A stretch of 64,000 nucleotides of DNA, from IMG/VR virus record IMGVR_UViG_3300031918_000005, positions 64,001 through 128,000 of that record; one strand, 5' to 3'. Below the pieces are notes generated by a model that ran no database searches, had not been told where the DNA came from, and worked only from the letters and a program-made list of their open reading frames with translations. Below, piece after piece: positions 20,036 to 29,404 of the stretch. This stretch comes from a virus. The number at the start of each line of letters is the position of its first letter. Positions within the stretch are counted from its first letter, which is position 1. The translations under genes were made by a program, and so were the position numbers.

Positions 20036-20150
20036 TTAACACATTTTAACACATTTTAACATGGAAATAACATTTCTTAACAAATCTTAACATATTTGTC
20101 ATGACAAACTGACACAATATTAACAATTATAACAAAATTGTGTCATGACA
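20036..20150. promoter_or_regulatory. Phased TTAACA repeats and two TGTCATGACA palindromes
   Basis: ttaaca/taaca at ~10-bp spacing over 20036-20092; tttgtcatgacaaa at 20095-20108; tgtcatgaca at 20141-20150. Confidence 0.55.
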
Positions 20151-20206
20151 AATATAACAAACAATACTTATAAATAAACAAGAATATTAATAAACCAAAT
20201 AATATC

Positions 20207-20554
20207 ATGAAAAAATTAAAAAACTTTATTGAAAACAACTCCAAAATTTTGTTAACTGTTTTTTGTTTTGTCATACTTTATCAGACATGTTCTGAAAAAA
20301 GAGCAATTAACAAGCTCAAAACAGAAGTAACATCATTGTCGGATAAAACCGATAAACAATTAACCCAAGATGAATATTTACTGATTCAAAAGATAGAAAC
20401 CTACAAATTTCTGTCGGAAAATCTTTATGTTAATAATGCCATTGTTAGGACTGTTATCAGACCCGATGACAAAATTAACGAGTATACTCAAGAAATCAAC
20501 AAACTTGAAAAGCAACTCAATGTTATTCGTGAAAATAAAAAATCCAACAAGTAA
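20207..20554 (+). CDS. Membrane-anchored/lipoprotein-like coiled-coil protein
   Basis: Hydrophobic stretch ending QTC, then coiled coil; TATAAATA upstream. Confidence 0.6.
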   Translation: MKKLKNFIENNSKILLTVFCFVILYQTCSEKRAINKLKTEVTSLSDKTDKQLTQDEYLLIQKIETYKFLSENLYVNNAIVRTVIRPDDKINEYTQEINKLEKQLNVIRENKKSNK

Positions 20555-21058
20555 TTACTTGTTGGATTTTTTAAAATACTCTTCGGTTACATATTCGTAA
20601 ACCATATTCTTATTCTTACAATATTCTAATGATGCCATTCTTTTTGCTTCCACAACAGCTGAATTTGCCAATTGATATAAGTACGCCTTTTTTGTTTTAT
20701 ATTTCTCTCTGTCAGGCTTTTCAGTATCTTTTTGAGATTTAACCTCTATAATGTATTTCAGCAATCTATTGGAGTTACCAAGCATTTCAATATAGAAATC
20801 GGGGTAATAACTACACATTTTCTTTTTTACTGGATTGTAATAAGGTATAATGAGTTCATCACTTTCATAGGTCCACCTTATACATCTTGGTGATAAGTCA
20901 AGTAGCTGTATAAATTTAAGTTCCAGTCCGCTTCTGAACATAACTCCCATTTTAGCATTGTAAGTACCTATCAATTTATGTGGGTTTTCCAGCTTATGAT
21001 ATCCTTGATGAAATCTGCTATCTTTACGAATAGGATTCAACGATTCTAATTTTCCCAT
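20555..21058 (-). CDS. Head completion nuclease (T4 gp4-like, TnsA-type fold)
   Basis: FHQG..K..NPHK, FRSGLE, IPY, YYPDFY, IIEVK. Confidence 0.85.
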   Translation of the reverse strand: MGKLESLNPIRKDSRFHQGYHKLENPHKLIGTYNAKMGVMFRSGLELKFIQLLDLSPRCIRWTYESDELIIPYYNPVKKKMCSYYPDFYIEMLGNSNRLLKYIIEVKSQKDTEKPDREKYKTKKAYLYQLANSAVVEAKRMASLEYCKNKNMVYEYVTEEYFKKSNK

Positions 21059-21061
21059 ATA

Positions 21062-24000
21062 TTAATTACCAGTCATTGATGTTTTAAGTCTTCCATCGGA
21101 ACTCGTTAACTCATTTATTTTCCCATTCAATCGTTGAATTTCTTTTATCAACATCCCTATTTGTTGTGATTGTTGTGTACTCGATTCAGCAAACACAGCA
21201 AGCAATTGATCTATGCTCGCTGCTGGTTTTGGTTTTCCTGTTGGAGTTGTTGTTGGTGAATATGGAGTATAAGATGGTGAATAAGATGGTGAAGGAGTAC
21301 TTTTTGTTGTAGCTGTAGTATATTTATCATAAAAATCAGCAGATGAATCAACAAGTTTCGATATACCACCAAAATCTACAGATTCTTTTTTTATAGCTTG
21401 TAAGAACTTGATATAAATATCTGTAAATTTCTTGAAAGGGTCTATAAATTTTGAGAATACATCAATCTTAGCCAAAGTCATTGTACTTAGCCCTAATGCT
21501 GTTCTAATCAACATTTGCCTAACACCCTCACCAATTTGTTTTCCTCTTTCTTTTATATCAACCTCTGTATTAAATTTAGCTACAACATCACCTAAATCCT
21601 TTAACGGACTTATGAGATTATTAACCACCTGAATACCTTTTTCAGAATCCGATTTAAACAACCCCCAAAATCCTTTATCATTATCTTTTGCTCTACCTAT
21701 TTGAGCAAAAACTGATGGCAAAGCAGTAATTATATCGGTTATATTTTGATTAATTTTTTTAATATCTGTTGGAGAAAGTTTAGCTGTTTTCCAAACCAAA
21801 ACAGCTTTCGCTAATTCATTCAAAGGAGTACCAATACCCTTAACATAGTCAATACCTCTTTCTGTATCAGTTGTTGACCAAAGACCAAAAAGCCCTGGCT
21901 TTGCTGTTACTGAATCATTACCAATTTTTGCTATAGTTTCAGGTATTATAGCAAGAACGGCATTTATATTGCCAGTGATCATTTTTATATTAGCTGGTGT
22001 TAATTTCATATCTTTCCAAAGCTTAACACCTTCAGCAAGTCTTTTTACAGAGCTACCAATACCTTCAACATAATCAATACCTCTTTCTGTATCAGTTGTT
22101 GACCACAATCCCCACATACTTGGTTTATCTGTATCATCATTACCAATTCTTGCAATAGTTGCTGGAAGTACTGATAATATAGTGTTTATGTTATTTGAAA
22201 TTAATTTAGCATCTTCAGCAGTTAATTTCATGTTTTTCCAAAGCTTAACACCTTCAGCAAGCTTTTTCATTGAATTACCAATACCTTCAACATAATCAAT
22301 ACCTCTTTCTGTATCGGTTTTAGTCCATAAACCACCTGATATAAATCCAAGTATTCCAGTTGCTGGTTTCGCTGTATCATCATTACCAATCTTTGCAATA
22401 GTTGCTGGAATTACTGATAAAATAGCACTAATATTATCTGAAATAAGTACAGCTTCTTCAGCAGTTAATTTCATGTTTTTCCAAGCCATAACACCTTTTG
22501 CAAGTTGAGCCAAATTGCTACCCAAACCCATTGTAAATGCTATACCTTTTAATATTTGCCATTGAGAAACTTCTACACCATGTTTTTTAGAAATATATTC
22601 AGGTGATGTACCAAGAGCGATAGCGGTTGTTACACCAAGTATTGTATCAGATAATATTTGAGCATCTTCAGGTTTCCAATCAGATGTTTTGCTTTTCCAA
22701 TTTGATAAAGCAGAAGCAAATTTTCCAATTGTTGATGCCATAAGTCCACCAGTTGTAGCTATCTTAATCATCGAACTTAAGCTTAATTCAGAAAACGCTT
22801 CATCCAATCCTTTAACTAGTATTTTTAAATTATCTGCAAATGCTTGTGTTTTATTTGCATCTATATCAAGTTTTGCAATAGGTGATAATCCTTTCGATAA
22901 AGCCCATAATGCCCCACCAACAAGACCTATAGCTAATGCTCCACTAGCAATAAACGGCAATAAAAATCCAGCACCAGCAAAAACAAGTCCTAGAGCTGTA
23001 ATTATTGTTGGTATTTTCCAAACTGCATCACCATGTTTTCCTAGAGTTATTGCTAATTCAATTAATGGTTTTTTCATTATCCACAATGCAATTCCAATCA
23101 AGGCAATAGCTAATACACCTTGAAGTATAGTTGTCATCATCATACCAGCAAGAATAAAAGGTGCTGTAACAGTTAAAAGCATTAATGGTATTTGCCAAAT
23201 TGCTTTATCTTGTTTTGCAAGCATTTTAGAAACTGTTGAAAGTGACCACCCAAATAAAAGAAGCGACAGTGACATCAATGCAACTGATATTGCGCCTTTT
23301 TTAATATTTTGAGAAACAACATTTATACCCATTAAAGTATAAAATAATGCTGTTCCAGCAAGTAATAATAAAACCATACCAACTTTACCATATTCAATAG
23401 GTATTTTTGACATCAAATAGAATGTACCAGTCATCATAAGGAGCGAGAGTGACATCAAAGCAATGTTTTTAATACCATTTTTTAAATCAGCTTTGTTACT
23501 TAACCCCATATATTTATAAAACTTAGAAACAATATATGTTATGCCAACAACAGTTAATATGCCAACAACCATATCGGTTATAGAAAATTTTGTAAGTATA
23601 TATGCTGATGCTCCTATTGCTAATGTCATTGCTGCAAGTCCTGCACCTATAAACATGAGAGATTTAGAACCATCTTTCATTTTAGCACTGTTTTTTGACA
23701 AATAGTCAAGTTCAGGCTTTAATAACTTTAGTGCAAATTTGAAAAATAAAACACCTGCCGTTGCTGGAATAGCGAGTATACCCGATACAGCAAGACCACC
23801 AACAAATCCAATAATAGATTCTGTTATTTTTACAAGTGAACCACTAAATTCTTGTATACCTTTTAAGTCAACACTTGATATTATGTCATTTATGGAATTT
23901 ATTGTTATTTTAACACGTTCAATAGATTTGAGAGCATTTTTAGATATATCTTTTCTAACTCTAAAATGATTCAATGCATTAACAAAGTGTTTTAATGTCT

Positions 24001-24436
24001 TGAAAAATCTATCAACATTATTTTTTGATTCATCAAGTAATTTTTTATTAAAAGACGATAAAAATCCTATGTTGACAGCTTTAATAGATTCTGTCAATAT
24101 GCTTGTATCTTTGCCAAGTGTTGAGCCTGCTTTACCTATTGATTCTGTATATATTGATATTATGCTTGAAAGTTTTGCTATATCTGTTTCTGTGAAAGCT
24201 CCTATAGCAGTGCCAGTACCACCAGTAGATTCAGTGCTAAATATACCTTGTAATATACTTTTTACATCAACATCACCTGAAGGTGTTTTAGACATAGCTT
24301 CTTTGATATATCTAGAAGATTCCTTTATATCGGTAGATGCCGAAAGTATATCAAATGAATATTCAGCTATATCATTAAGGTAAGAGTTTTGTTGTTTTAA
24401 ATAATCATATAAAACTTCTAATTCAACATTATCCAT
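21062..24436 (-). CDS. Tape-measure-like protein with multiple TM-like segments and ~75-aa repeats
   Basis: 1124 aa, Ala/Gly/Leu-rich hydrophobic centre; repeated LAEGVKLWK...TDTERGIDYV. Confidence 0.65.
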   Translation of the reverse strand: MDNVELEVLYDYLKQQNSYLNDIAEYSFDILSASTDIKESSRYIKEAMSKTPSGDVDVKSILQGIFSTESTGGTGTAIGAFTETDIAKLSSIISIYTESIGKAGSTLGKDTSILTESIKAVNIGFLSSFNKKLLDESKNNVDRFFKTLKHFVNALNHFRVRKDISKNALKSIERVKITINSINDIISSVDLKGIQEFSGSLVKITESIIGFVGGLAVSGILAIPATAGVLFFKFALKLLKPELDYLSKNSAKMKDGSKSLMFIGAGLAAMTLAIGASAYILTKFSITDMVVGILTVVGITYIVSKFYKYMGLSNKADLKNGIKNIALMSLSLLMMTGTFYLMSKIPIEYGKVGMVLLLLAGTALFYTLMGINVVSQNIKKGAISVALMSLSLLLFGWSLSTVSKMLAKQDKAIWQIPLMLLTVTAPFILAGMMMTTILQGVLAIALIGIALWIMKKPLIELAITLGKHGDAVWKIPTIITALGLVFAGAGFLLPFIASGALAIGLVGGALWALSKGLSPIAKLDIDANKTQAFADNLKILVKGLDEAFSELSLSSMIKIATTGGLMASTIGKFASALSNWKSKTSDWKPEDAQILSDTILGVTTAIALGTSPEYISKKHGVEVSQWQILKGIAFTMGLGSNLAQLAKGVMAWKNMKLTAEEAVLISDNISAILSVIPATIAKIGNDDTAKPATGILGFISGGLWTKTDTERGIDYVEGIGNSMKKLAEGVKLWKNMKLTAEDAKLISNNINTILSVLPATIARIGNDDTDKPSMWGLWSTTDTERGIDYVEGIGSSVKRLAEGVKLWKDMKLTPANIKMITGNINAVLAIIPETIAKIGNDSVTAKPGLFGLWSTTDTERGIDYVKGIGTPLNELAKAVLVWKTAKLSPTDIKKINQNITDIITALPSVFAQIGRAKDNDKGFWGLFKSDSEKGIQVVNNLISPLKDLGDVVAKFNTEVDIKERGKQIGEGVRQMLIRTALGLSTMTLAKIDVFSKFIDPFKKFTDIYIKFLQAIKKESVDFGGISKLVDSSADFYDKYTTATTKSTPSPSYSPSYTPYSPTTTPTGKPKPAASIDQLLAVFAESSTQQSQQIGMLIKEIQRLNGKINELTSSDGRLKTSMTGN
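21700..22510 (-). repeat. Internal coding tandem repeats (~3.5 units)
   Basis: caatacctctttctgtatc and aagcttaacaccttcagcaag recur at DNA level. Confidence 0.75.
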
Positions 24437-24464
24437 ATCAGGTATTTTAATTATTTAAAACAAC

Positions 24465-24494
24465 AAAGCCGAATATAGTATTATATTCGGCTTT
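24465..24494 (-). terminator. Terminator hairpin
   Basis: aaagccgaatata / tatattcggcttt. Confidence 0.65.
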
Positions 24495-24519
24495 TAATCA
24501 CATATTTTAAAGATTTTTA

Positions 24520-24768
24520 TTAAAGATTCCGAGTTAAGTCAGTTTCATATGCTGATAAATTATTATCTTCAAAAGAATATATATAAACTGGAAATTCAAG
24601 TTTATTACCAAAAACATCTTTTGTTTCGATATGAAAATTACTAACAATTAAAGGAGTTTTATTATCAAGCCCACTTAATTTTGGCATATAATACACTTTT
24701 TCACCAACCTTATATTTAGGATCTGTGTTATTATTTTCAAACCCCTCGAATACTTTTAATTTTTTCAT
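24520..24768 (-). CDS. Small protein with MKKLKVFE leader
   Basis: 82 aa; PKYKVGEKVYY SH3/KOW-like. Confidence 0.65.
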   Translation of the reverse strand: MKKLKVFEGFENNNTDPKYKVGEKVYYMPKLSGLDNKTPLIVSNFHIETKDVFGNKLEFPVYIYSFEDNNLSAYETDLTRNL

Positions 24769-24805
24769 AAATACAAAATTTAATCTTTAATTATTTAATC
24801 TTTAA

Positions 24806-24952
24806 TTATTTAATCTTTAATTCCATATATCTCTTAAGTTTGAGTAGAAATAATAAGGCGGTATTCTTTTTGTAGTAAAATATATTTTCAAACAATTCTT
24901 TCATTGTTATATTATCACCATTAACTGTTATAATAGTTCCACCATCTAAACA
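24806..24952 (-). mobile_element. Split intein N-fragment (IntN, 48 aa)
   Basis: Begins with Cys1 directly after Walker A Lys; C-L-x-G-x-T-x-I; ITMKELF; basic amphipathic C-terminal helix. Confidence 0.8.
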
Positions 24953-25279
24953 TTTTCCTGACTGTCGGCTTGATAGAAATATATTAAAGCGGTAATTTTC
25001 AAATTGTTTAAGTACTCTAGATTGGTATGGTCTAAGGATTATCTTCTCAATACCATTATCTGTCATACAAAATGCATAATTATTAGCAAAATAAAGACAC
25101 GATTTTTGTATTTTTGCTAATTCAATAATTTCCTCGTCTGTATATTGATAATGAAGAAAAGCTTTTCTTTTTCTCGTATCTTTTAAGAAAAAAGGGTTAT
25201 CTCTTGGTAAAAAACCAGTTTTGTTATAATCATCTATAATATTTTTTACCTTTTCTGAATCATATATATTACCTTCCAT
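24806..25279 (-). CDS. terL: Large terminase (gp17/TerL) N-terminal fragment fused to split-intein N-half
   Basis: YFANNY, LRPYQ, FNIFLSSRQSGK (Walker A), then CLDGGTIITVNG (intein block A) and a stop 48 aa later; start reassigned to MEGNIY. Confidence 0.88.
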   Translation of the reverse strand: MEGNIYDSEKVKNIIDDYNKTGFLPRDNPFFLKDTRKRKAFLHYQYTDEEIIELAKIQKSCLYFANNYAFCMTDNGIEKIILRPYQSRVLKQFENYRFNIFLSSRQSGKCLDGGTIITVNGDNITMKELFENIFYYKKNTALLFLLKLKRYMELKIK

Positions 25280-25297
25280 ATAATTTATTTTTAATGG

Positions 25298-25339
25298 TAT
25301 TCCTTGATTAGCGAGAGGTACTTTCCTTGTATTCTGATA
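25298..25339 (+). repeat. Dispersed ~42-bp element, copy 3 (antisense to flanking genes)
   Basis: Shares 18 identical nt (tttccttgtattctgata) with copy 2. Confidence 0.65.
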
Positions 25340-25386
25340 ATTTTTATGATATAAACACCCCAAAGAACATAGAAATTAAAAGAAAA

Positions 25387-26604
25387 TCACCAAAGAGAGT
25401 TGAATGTTATTAATGATGAAGGTATCTCTTTTAGACCTATGGCAACAAGTATTCTATTGATATACGACAGATAATTTGACATAAATTGTATATCATATGA
25501 TACTGGATATTTTTGTAAAAACTGTGGTGGTATAACTCCAATAGGGAATGCAAAAACATCAATTATGGGGCTTGTTGTATAATACCATTGTATTTTATCA
25601 CCAGATTTTATTATAGAATATTTTTGTTTTATTTCATCAGGTGCAAGCGATATTTCGTTATTGTATTGAGCAATCGCTCTGATGTGAATAGGAGAACCAG
25701 CAACGTATTTTATATTATTATCAGAGCATTCAAGTATATATTTACCAAGATTATTAACTCTTTGAGTACTTAATATATTAATTATATCTATATGTGTGAA
25801 TTCTTCTTTTATGTTCCTGATTTTATCAACAATAATATTATAATCTATAATATCTGTCTTAATTATACAGTCAATTATAATTTCCTTAAGTTTTTCACGA
25901 ATAAATTTAGGTACAGATGTTTGATTCATTTCAAGACCAATAGCCTTTACATTTTCATATCTTCCAAATGTTGTTCCATTTTCCCAAATAAGTTCCTTAA
26001 CATATCTTTTTTTAGATGATATCAAGAATTTACCTATAATTTGTTCAAATGTTAATTTAAGGCACGGCATACCCGATATTCTTTTTTGGAATCCACCATG
26101 TAAACTTATGAAATGAGACAACATATGCTCAAGTGCTGGATATAAGTCGATTTTGTTTAATTTCAGGACAAAATCTTCAATAGTACCTTTATAATCAGTA
26201 TGGCTAATTATCTTACCATAATTTACAAACACCGAATCAGTATCACCATAAATTACAATATCTTCAGTTATTGGAGTAACATATGTTATACCAAGTTGTT
26301 CATGAATATGTGGTATATTAGGAAATCTTTCCTTGAAATATTTATTAAACCAAAATTTGGTGTACTTTATAACGTATGCCGATTGAGTAGATATAGAAGA
26401 AGCTACATATTTGTCATAAAGTATAAATGAAGAAAACCCAAATACGCCATATATAGAATTGAGGATTTTCTTTAAAGATAAATCCTCGCTCTTTTTTGAA
26501 AATTGTAAATTTTGAAGTCTAGTTATTTCATCATTGATTTCTTGTTCAGTTACTTCTTGACCTTTTTCAAACTTACAGTATTTTAAATCCAAATCATATA
26601 TCAT
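25387..26604 (-). CDS. Family B DNA polymerase, C-terminal half (split gp43)
   Basis: Motif B KKILNSIYG, motif C YGDTDS, KKRY; exonuclease and motif A absent. Confidence 0.9.
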   Translation of the reverse strand: MIYDLDLKYCKFEKGQEVTEQEINDEITRLQNLQFSKKSEDLSLKKILNSIYGVFGFSSFILYDKYVASSISTQSAYVIKYTKFWFNKYFKERFPNIPHIHEQLGITYVTPITEDIVIYGDTDSVFVNYGKIISHTDYKGTIEDFVLKLNKIDLYPALEHMLSHFISLHGGFQKRISGMPCLKLTFEQIIGKFLISSKKRYVKELIWENGTTFGRYENVKAIGLEMNQTSVPKFIREKLKEIIIDCIIKTDIIDYNIIVDKIRNIKEEFTHIDIINILSTQRVNNLGKYILECSDNNIKYVAGSPIHIRAIAQYNNEISLAPDEIKQKYSIIKSGDKIQWYYTTSPIIDVFAFPIGVIPPQFLQKYPVSYDIQFMSNYLSYINRILVAIGLKEIPSSLITFNSLW

Positions 26605-26605
26605 A

Positions 26606-27184
26606 TCAATTAAACCAATTAAGTTCAGTTTTTCCTTTATACCCTTTTTCCATTACAATCCACATATACGCAATAGCCGATGAATTTTTGTCAATTATTC
26701 CTCCTTTACATCCATGTATTCTACTTGTTGAAACCAATATAGTTTTAGGTGGATTATTATCAAAAAATTTTCTTCTTTCTTTTCCTTCTAAAAATGCTAA
26801 TCTTAAGAAAAATGCAACTTTATAGCCTTCTTCCAATATATCATAAGCATGTCTTAGAAATTTCAATGCCTCTTTGTATGGAGGGTTTGTTATTATATTA
26901 CCACTAAATTTTTGTGTACAATCTAAAAAATTTACTCCCGATTTACAAAACCCTCTATCATACAAATCATAACTTACGACATTGTATCCTTTTTCAATCA
27001 ATATTTTTGATATATGTCCTTCCCCAGCACATGGTTCAAGTACAGGAATTTGTATATCAAAAAATTCATTTTGTAAAAGTCCATTTGTAGCAATTGGATT
27101 TGTAGCATAGAAATCATCTTTCTCTCTTTCCGTAAGTGAATGATTGCTACATCCATTCATAACAAAAACATTGACTTTATCCAT
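26606..27184 (-). CDS. DNA amino-methyltransferase (N6-adenine type)
   Basis: DFYAT, LEPCAGEG (SAM binding), IITNPPY, LRLAFLEG. Confidence 0.85.
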   Translation of the reverse strand: MDKVNVFVMNGCSNHSLTEREKDDFYATNPIATNGLLQNEFFDIQIPVLEPCAGEGHISKILIEKGYNVVSYDLYDRGFCKSGVNFLDCTQKFSGNIITNPPYKEALKFLRHAYDILEEGYKVAFFLRLAFLEGKERRKFFDNNPPKTILVSTSRIHGCKGGIIDKNSSAIAYMWIVMEKGYKGKTELNWFN

Positions 27185-28563
27185 TAATTATTCTGATTGA
27201 ATATGCCATTAAATTCCTTTATTCCTTTGTTATATTCTTTCAAGTCGTTTTGATTTATATTAGCCATGAAATCCATTACATCATTATCAACCATGACTTC
27301 AGAAATCGATAAAGGTCGTTTCAATTTGATACCTGCAAGAGTTGTACATCTTGATAATGCAACGTATGTCTGACCAGTATCAAAAATACCTCTTTCACCA
27401 GTATCAATTGTATATTGCTCGATTGTGCAGGATTGTGATTTATGAATAGACATAGCATAACCGATTGATATCGGATATTGAGAGAATTTACCAACACCAA
27501 TAGATTTTACTTCTCTTGATATAGGGTTGTATTCATATTTTTCTGAATTGAATTCAACTTTATCAAGTGATATCAAATCATCATTATCAAGACGAATTAT
27601 AAGTTGGGAATTTTTGAAATCAATTAATGTACCCATAGTACCATTGATATATTTTCCATTATCTTTGTCGTTTGCTCTAACCATAACCCTTGTACCAATC
27701 TTAACTTTAATAATTTCATCAACAGCACATTGCTTAAGGTTAAAATTTCCTTCTGCTTTACCAATTAATGTAATCCAATCGGATTTTATATCATCAAGTT
27801 TTTGATTGTTATAAAATTCAACATCTTTATTGTATGTACATAAAATAATGGCATTATCATTGATTTCATTATTAATCATGATTTCATTAAATTCAAAAAG
27901 TTGTGAACGAGTTATAGTTCCATATTTTATTGAATTCAAAAAGTTGATGAATTTCTCATCTTTTTGTCGGAATATTTTAGTGAAATTTATGGTTGTTATA
28001 GGCACAAACTCAAATGGTTTGGCTGAATAAAAATATTTTGTATCAAATGTATGTTTTATATAGTCAATTTCGGATTTATCAGATAAAACTGGTGGTAATT
28101 GGTAAAGGTCACCAACAAGAATAAGTCTTTTACCACCAAAAAATTCGTCAATACCAAGTGCTTTTCTGTAAAATTCATCAATAGCTGACATCATGAGTGA
28201 TGACACCATAGAAATTTCATCAATAACTATTGTGTCAGGAATAGAATATTTTTCAATATTCATATGTGGTTTATGTATGTTACAAGGGAATAATGGTTTA
28301 GGTGGAAATCCAAAATAGGAGTGAATTGTTTCACATTCTATACCATCAACACGAAGATTATTTGCAGCTACACCAGTTGGTGATAAAACAATATAATCTT
28401 TTATATTCGATAATAACCATTTAAGGAATGTTGATTTACCAGTACCAGCAGAACCAGTTATAAAAAACACTCCTCTATCTGTCATAATTTGGTTGTAAGC
28501 AGATTTAAATTCATCTGTAATTTCCAACCAGTCTGGTTTTACTGTATTTTCAAATTCAATCAT
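27184..28563 (-). CDS. PIF1/RecD-like SF1B helicase
   Basis: GSAGTGKS, PTGVAA, IDEISMV, GDLYQLPPV, FRQKD, SIHKSQ, GQTYVALSR. Confidence 0.92.
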   Translation of the reverse strand: MIEFENTVKPDWLEITDEFKSAYNQIMTDRGVFFITGSAGTGKSTFLKWLLSNIKDYIVLSPTGVAANNLRVDGIECETIHSYFGFPPKPLFPCNIHKPHMNIEKYSIPDTIVIDEISMVSSLMMSAIDEFYRKALGIDEFFGGKRLILVGDLYQLPPVLSDKSEIDYIKHTFDTKYFYSAKPFEFVPITTINFTKIFRQKDEKFINFLNSIKYGTITRSQLFEFNEIMINNEINDNAIILCTYNKDVEFYNNQKLDDIKSDWITLIGKAEGNFNLKQCAVDEIIKVKIGTRVMVRANDKDNGKYINGTMGTLIDFKNSQLIIRLDNDDLISLDKVEFNSEKYEYNPISREVKSIGVGKFSQYPISIGYAMSIHKSQSCTIEQYTIDTGERGIFDTGQTYVALSRCTTLAGIKLKRPLSISEVMVDNDVMDFMANINQNDLKEYNKGIKEFNGIFNQNN

Positions 28564-28627
28564 TTTCTCTCTTTTAATTTCTCTCTTTTATATTAAAATC
28601 GAAAAAAGATAATCACGATTCATGTAT

Positions 28628-29401
28628 TCATGCTTCATAACTTCCTTCAGCATTAAGAAGTCTACTCAATGGAACCCTATTACCATCTCTAAGTTCTTTA
28701 GGATTTGATTGATTAAGTGAATTGATTATTGAATTTGTTATGAGTGAAGTTAAAAAAGAAAATGCATTGGATGATTTATTCATAGTGTATCTAATACAAT
28801 TATCGCTTAATATTTCTGTTTGCTGGTATTTATCTTCTAAAATTACATTTTGAAGTCTATTTTTATCACCAATAAAATAAAAATCAACACAAGAAAATAT
28901 CGATATATCATGCTTGTTATAGATATCAATTATAGATAATTTCTTTTGTACTGTATAATTTGTACATTTTACAACGCCTTTGGGTTGGTATTTTTCTTTT
29001 ATAAGATTAACAACATTTTTCAAGGTCATATTTTCGTTTTTCCCAATAGCCACTGTATCACTATCAAAATTTTCTTTTTCATCAAAATTTATTTCAATGT
29101 CGGAATAATTTTCAATATGAATAATAATCTTATCACCAGCAACCAAATTTTGTTGAAGTTTTATTGCTAAACAATTGTAAATATTGAATGTTTTCCAATA
29201 TTTACAAAAATCATATGTTGCTGTTGAAATAGCATCTTCACGAATATCATCCGTTGCAAGATAAAACCTTTTACCGACATGCAAGCAATGTTTTCTAAAC
29301 ATTACTAAAAATTCTTTACTTAAATCATCTTGAAGTACACATTTTCTTAATTCTTCGTCATACTTATCTTCGTCAAGATAATGGTTAGATTTTTTAGCCA
29401 T
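28628..29401 (-). CDS. Late sigma factor (T4 gp55-like) with ~130-aa insertion
   Basis: NHYLD, REDAIS...KYWKTFN and KSSNAFSFLTSLITNS match the two halves of gp55 region 2; adjacent to portal. Confidence 0.7.
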   Translation of the reverse strand: MAKKSNHYLDEDKYDEELRKCVLQDDLSKEFLVMFRKHCLHVGKRFYLATDDIREDAISTATYDFCKYWKTFNIYNCLAIKLQQNLVAGDKIIIHIENYSDIEINFDEKENFDSDTVAIGKNENMTLKNVVNLIKEKYQPKGVVKCTNYTVQKKLSIIDIYNKHDISIFSCVDFYFIGDKNRLQNVILEDKYQQTEILSDNCIRYTMNKSSNAFSFLTSLITNSIINSLNQSNPKELRDGNRVPLSRLLNAEGSYEA

Positions 29402-29404
29402 AAT

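Noticed and set aside
20036-20160. CRISPR-like mini-array
   Set aside because: Repeats are only 6-10 bp with no unique 30-40-bp spacers
21240-21305. SPSYSPSYTPYSPT resembling the RNA polymerase II CTD heptad
   Set aside because: Short low-complexity S/P/T linker in a tape-measure-like protein; likely coincidence
25280-25363. Upstream extension of terL-N predicted by the ORF track
   Set aside because: Covers an intergenic repeat and a TAAATTA-type motif; MEGNIY at 25279 is the better start
26480-26604. Split-intein C-half at the N-terminus of the PolB fragment
   Set aside because: No HN/[CST] junction; the segment looks like the fingers helix
28778-29182. gp55 insertion as an intein (contains CLA near its start, ends in N)
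   Set aside because: No TxxH block B, no block F/HN, and the residue after N is Lys rather than C/S/T
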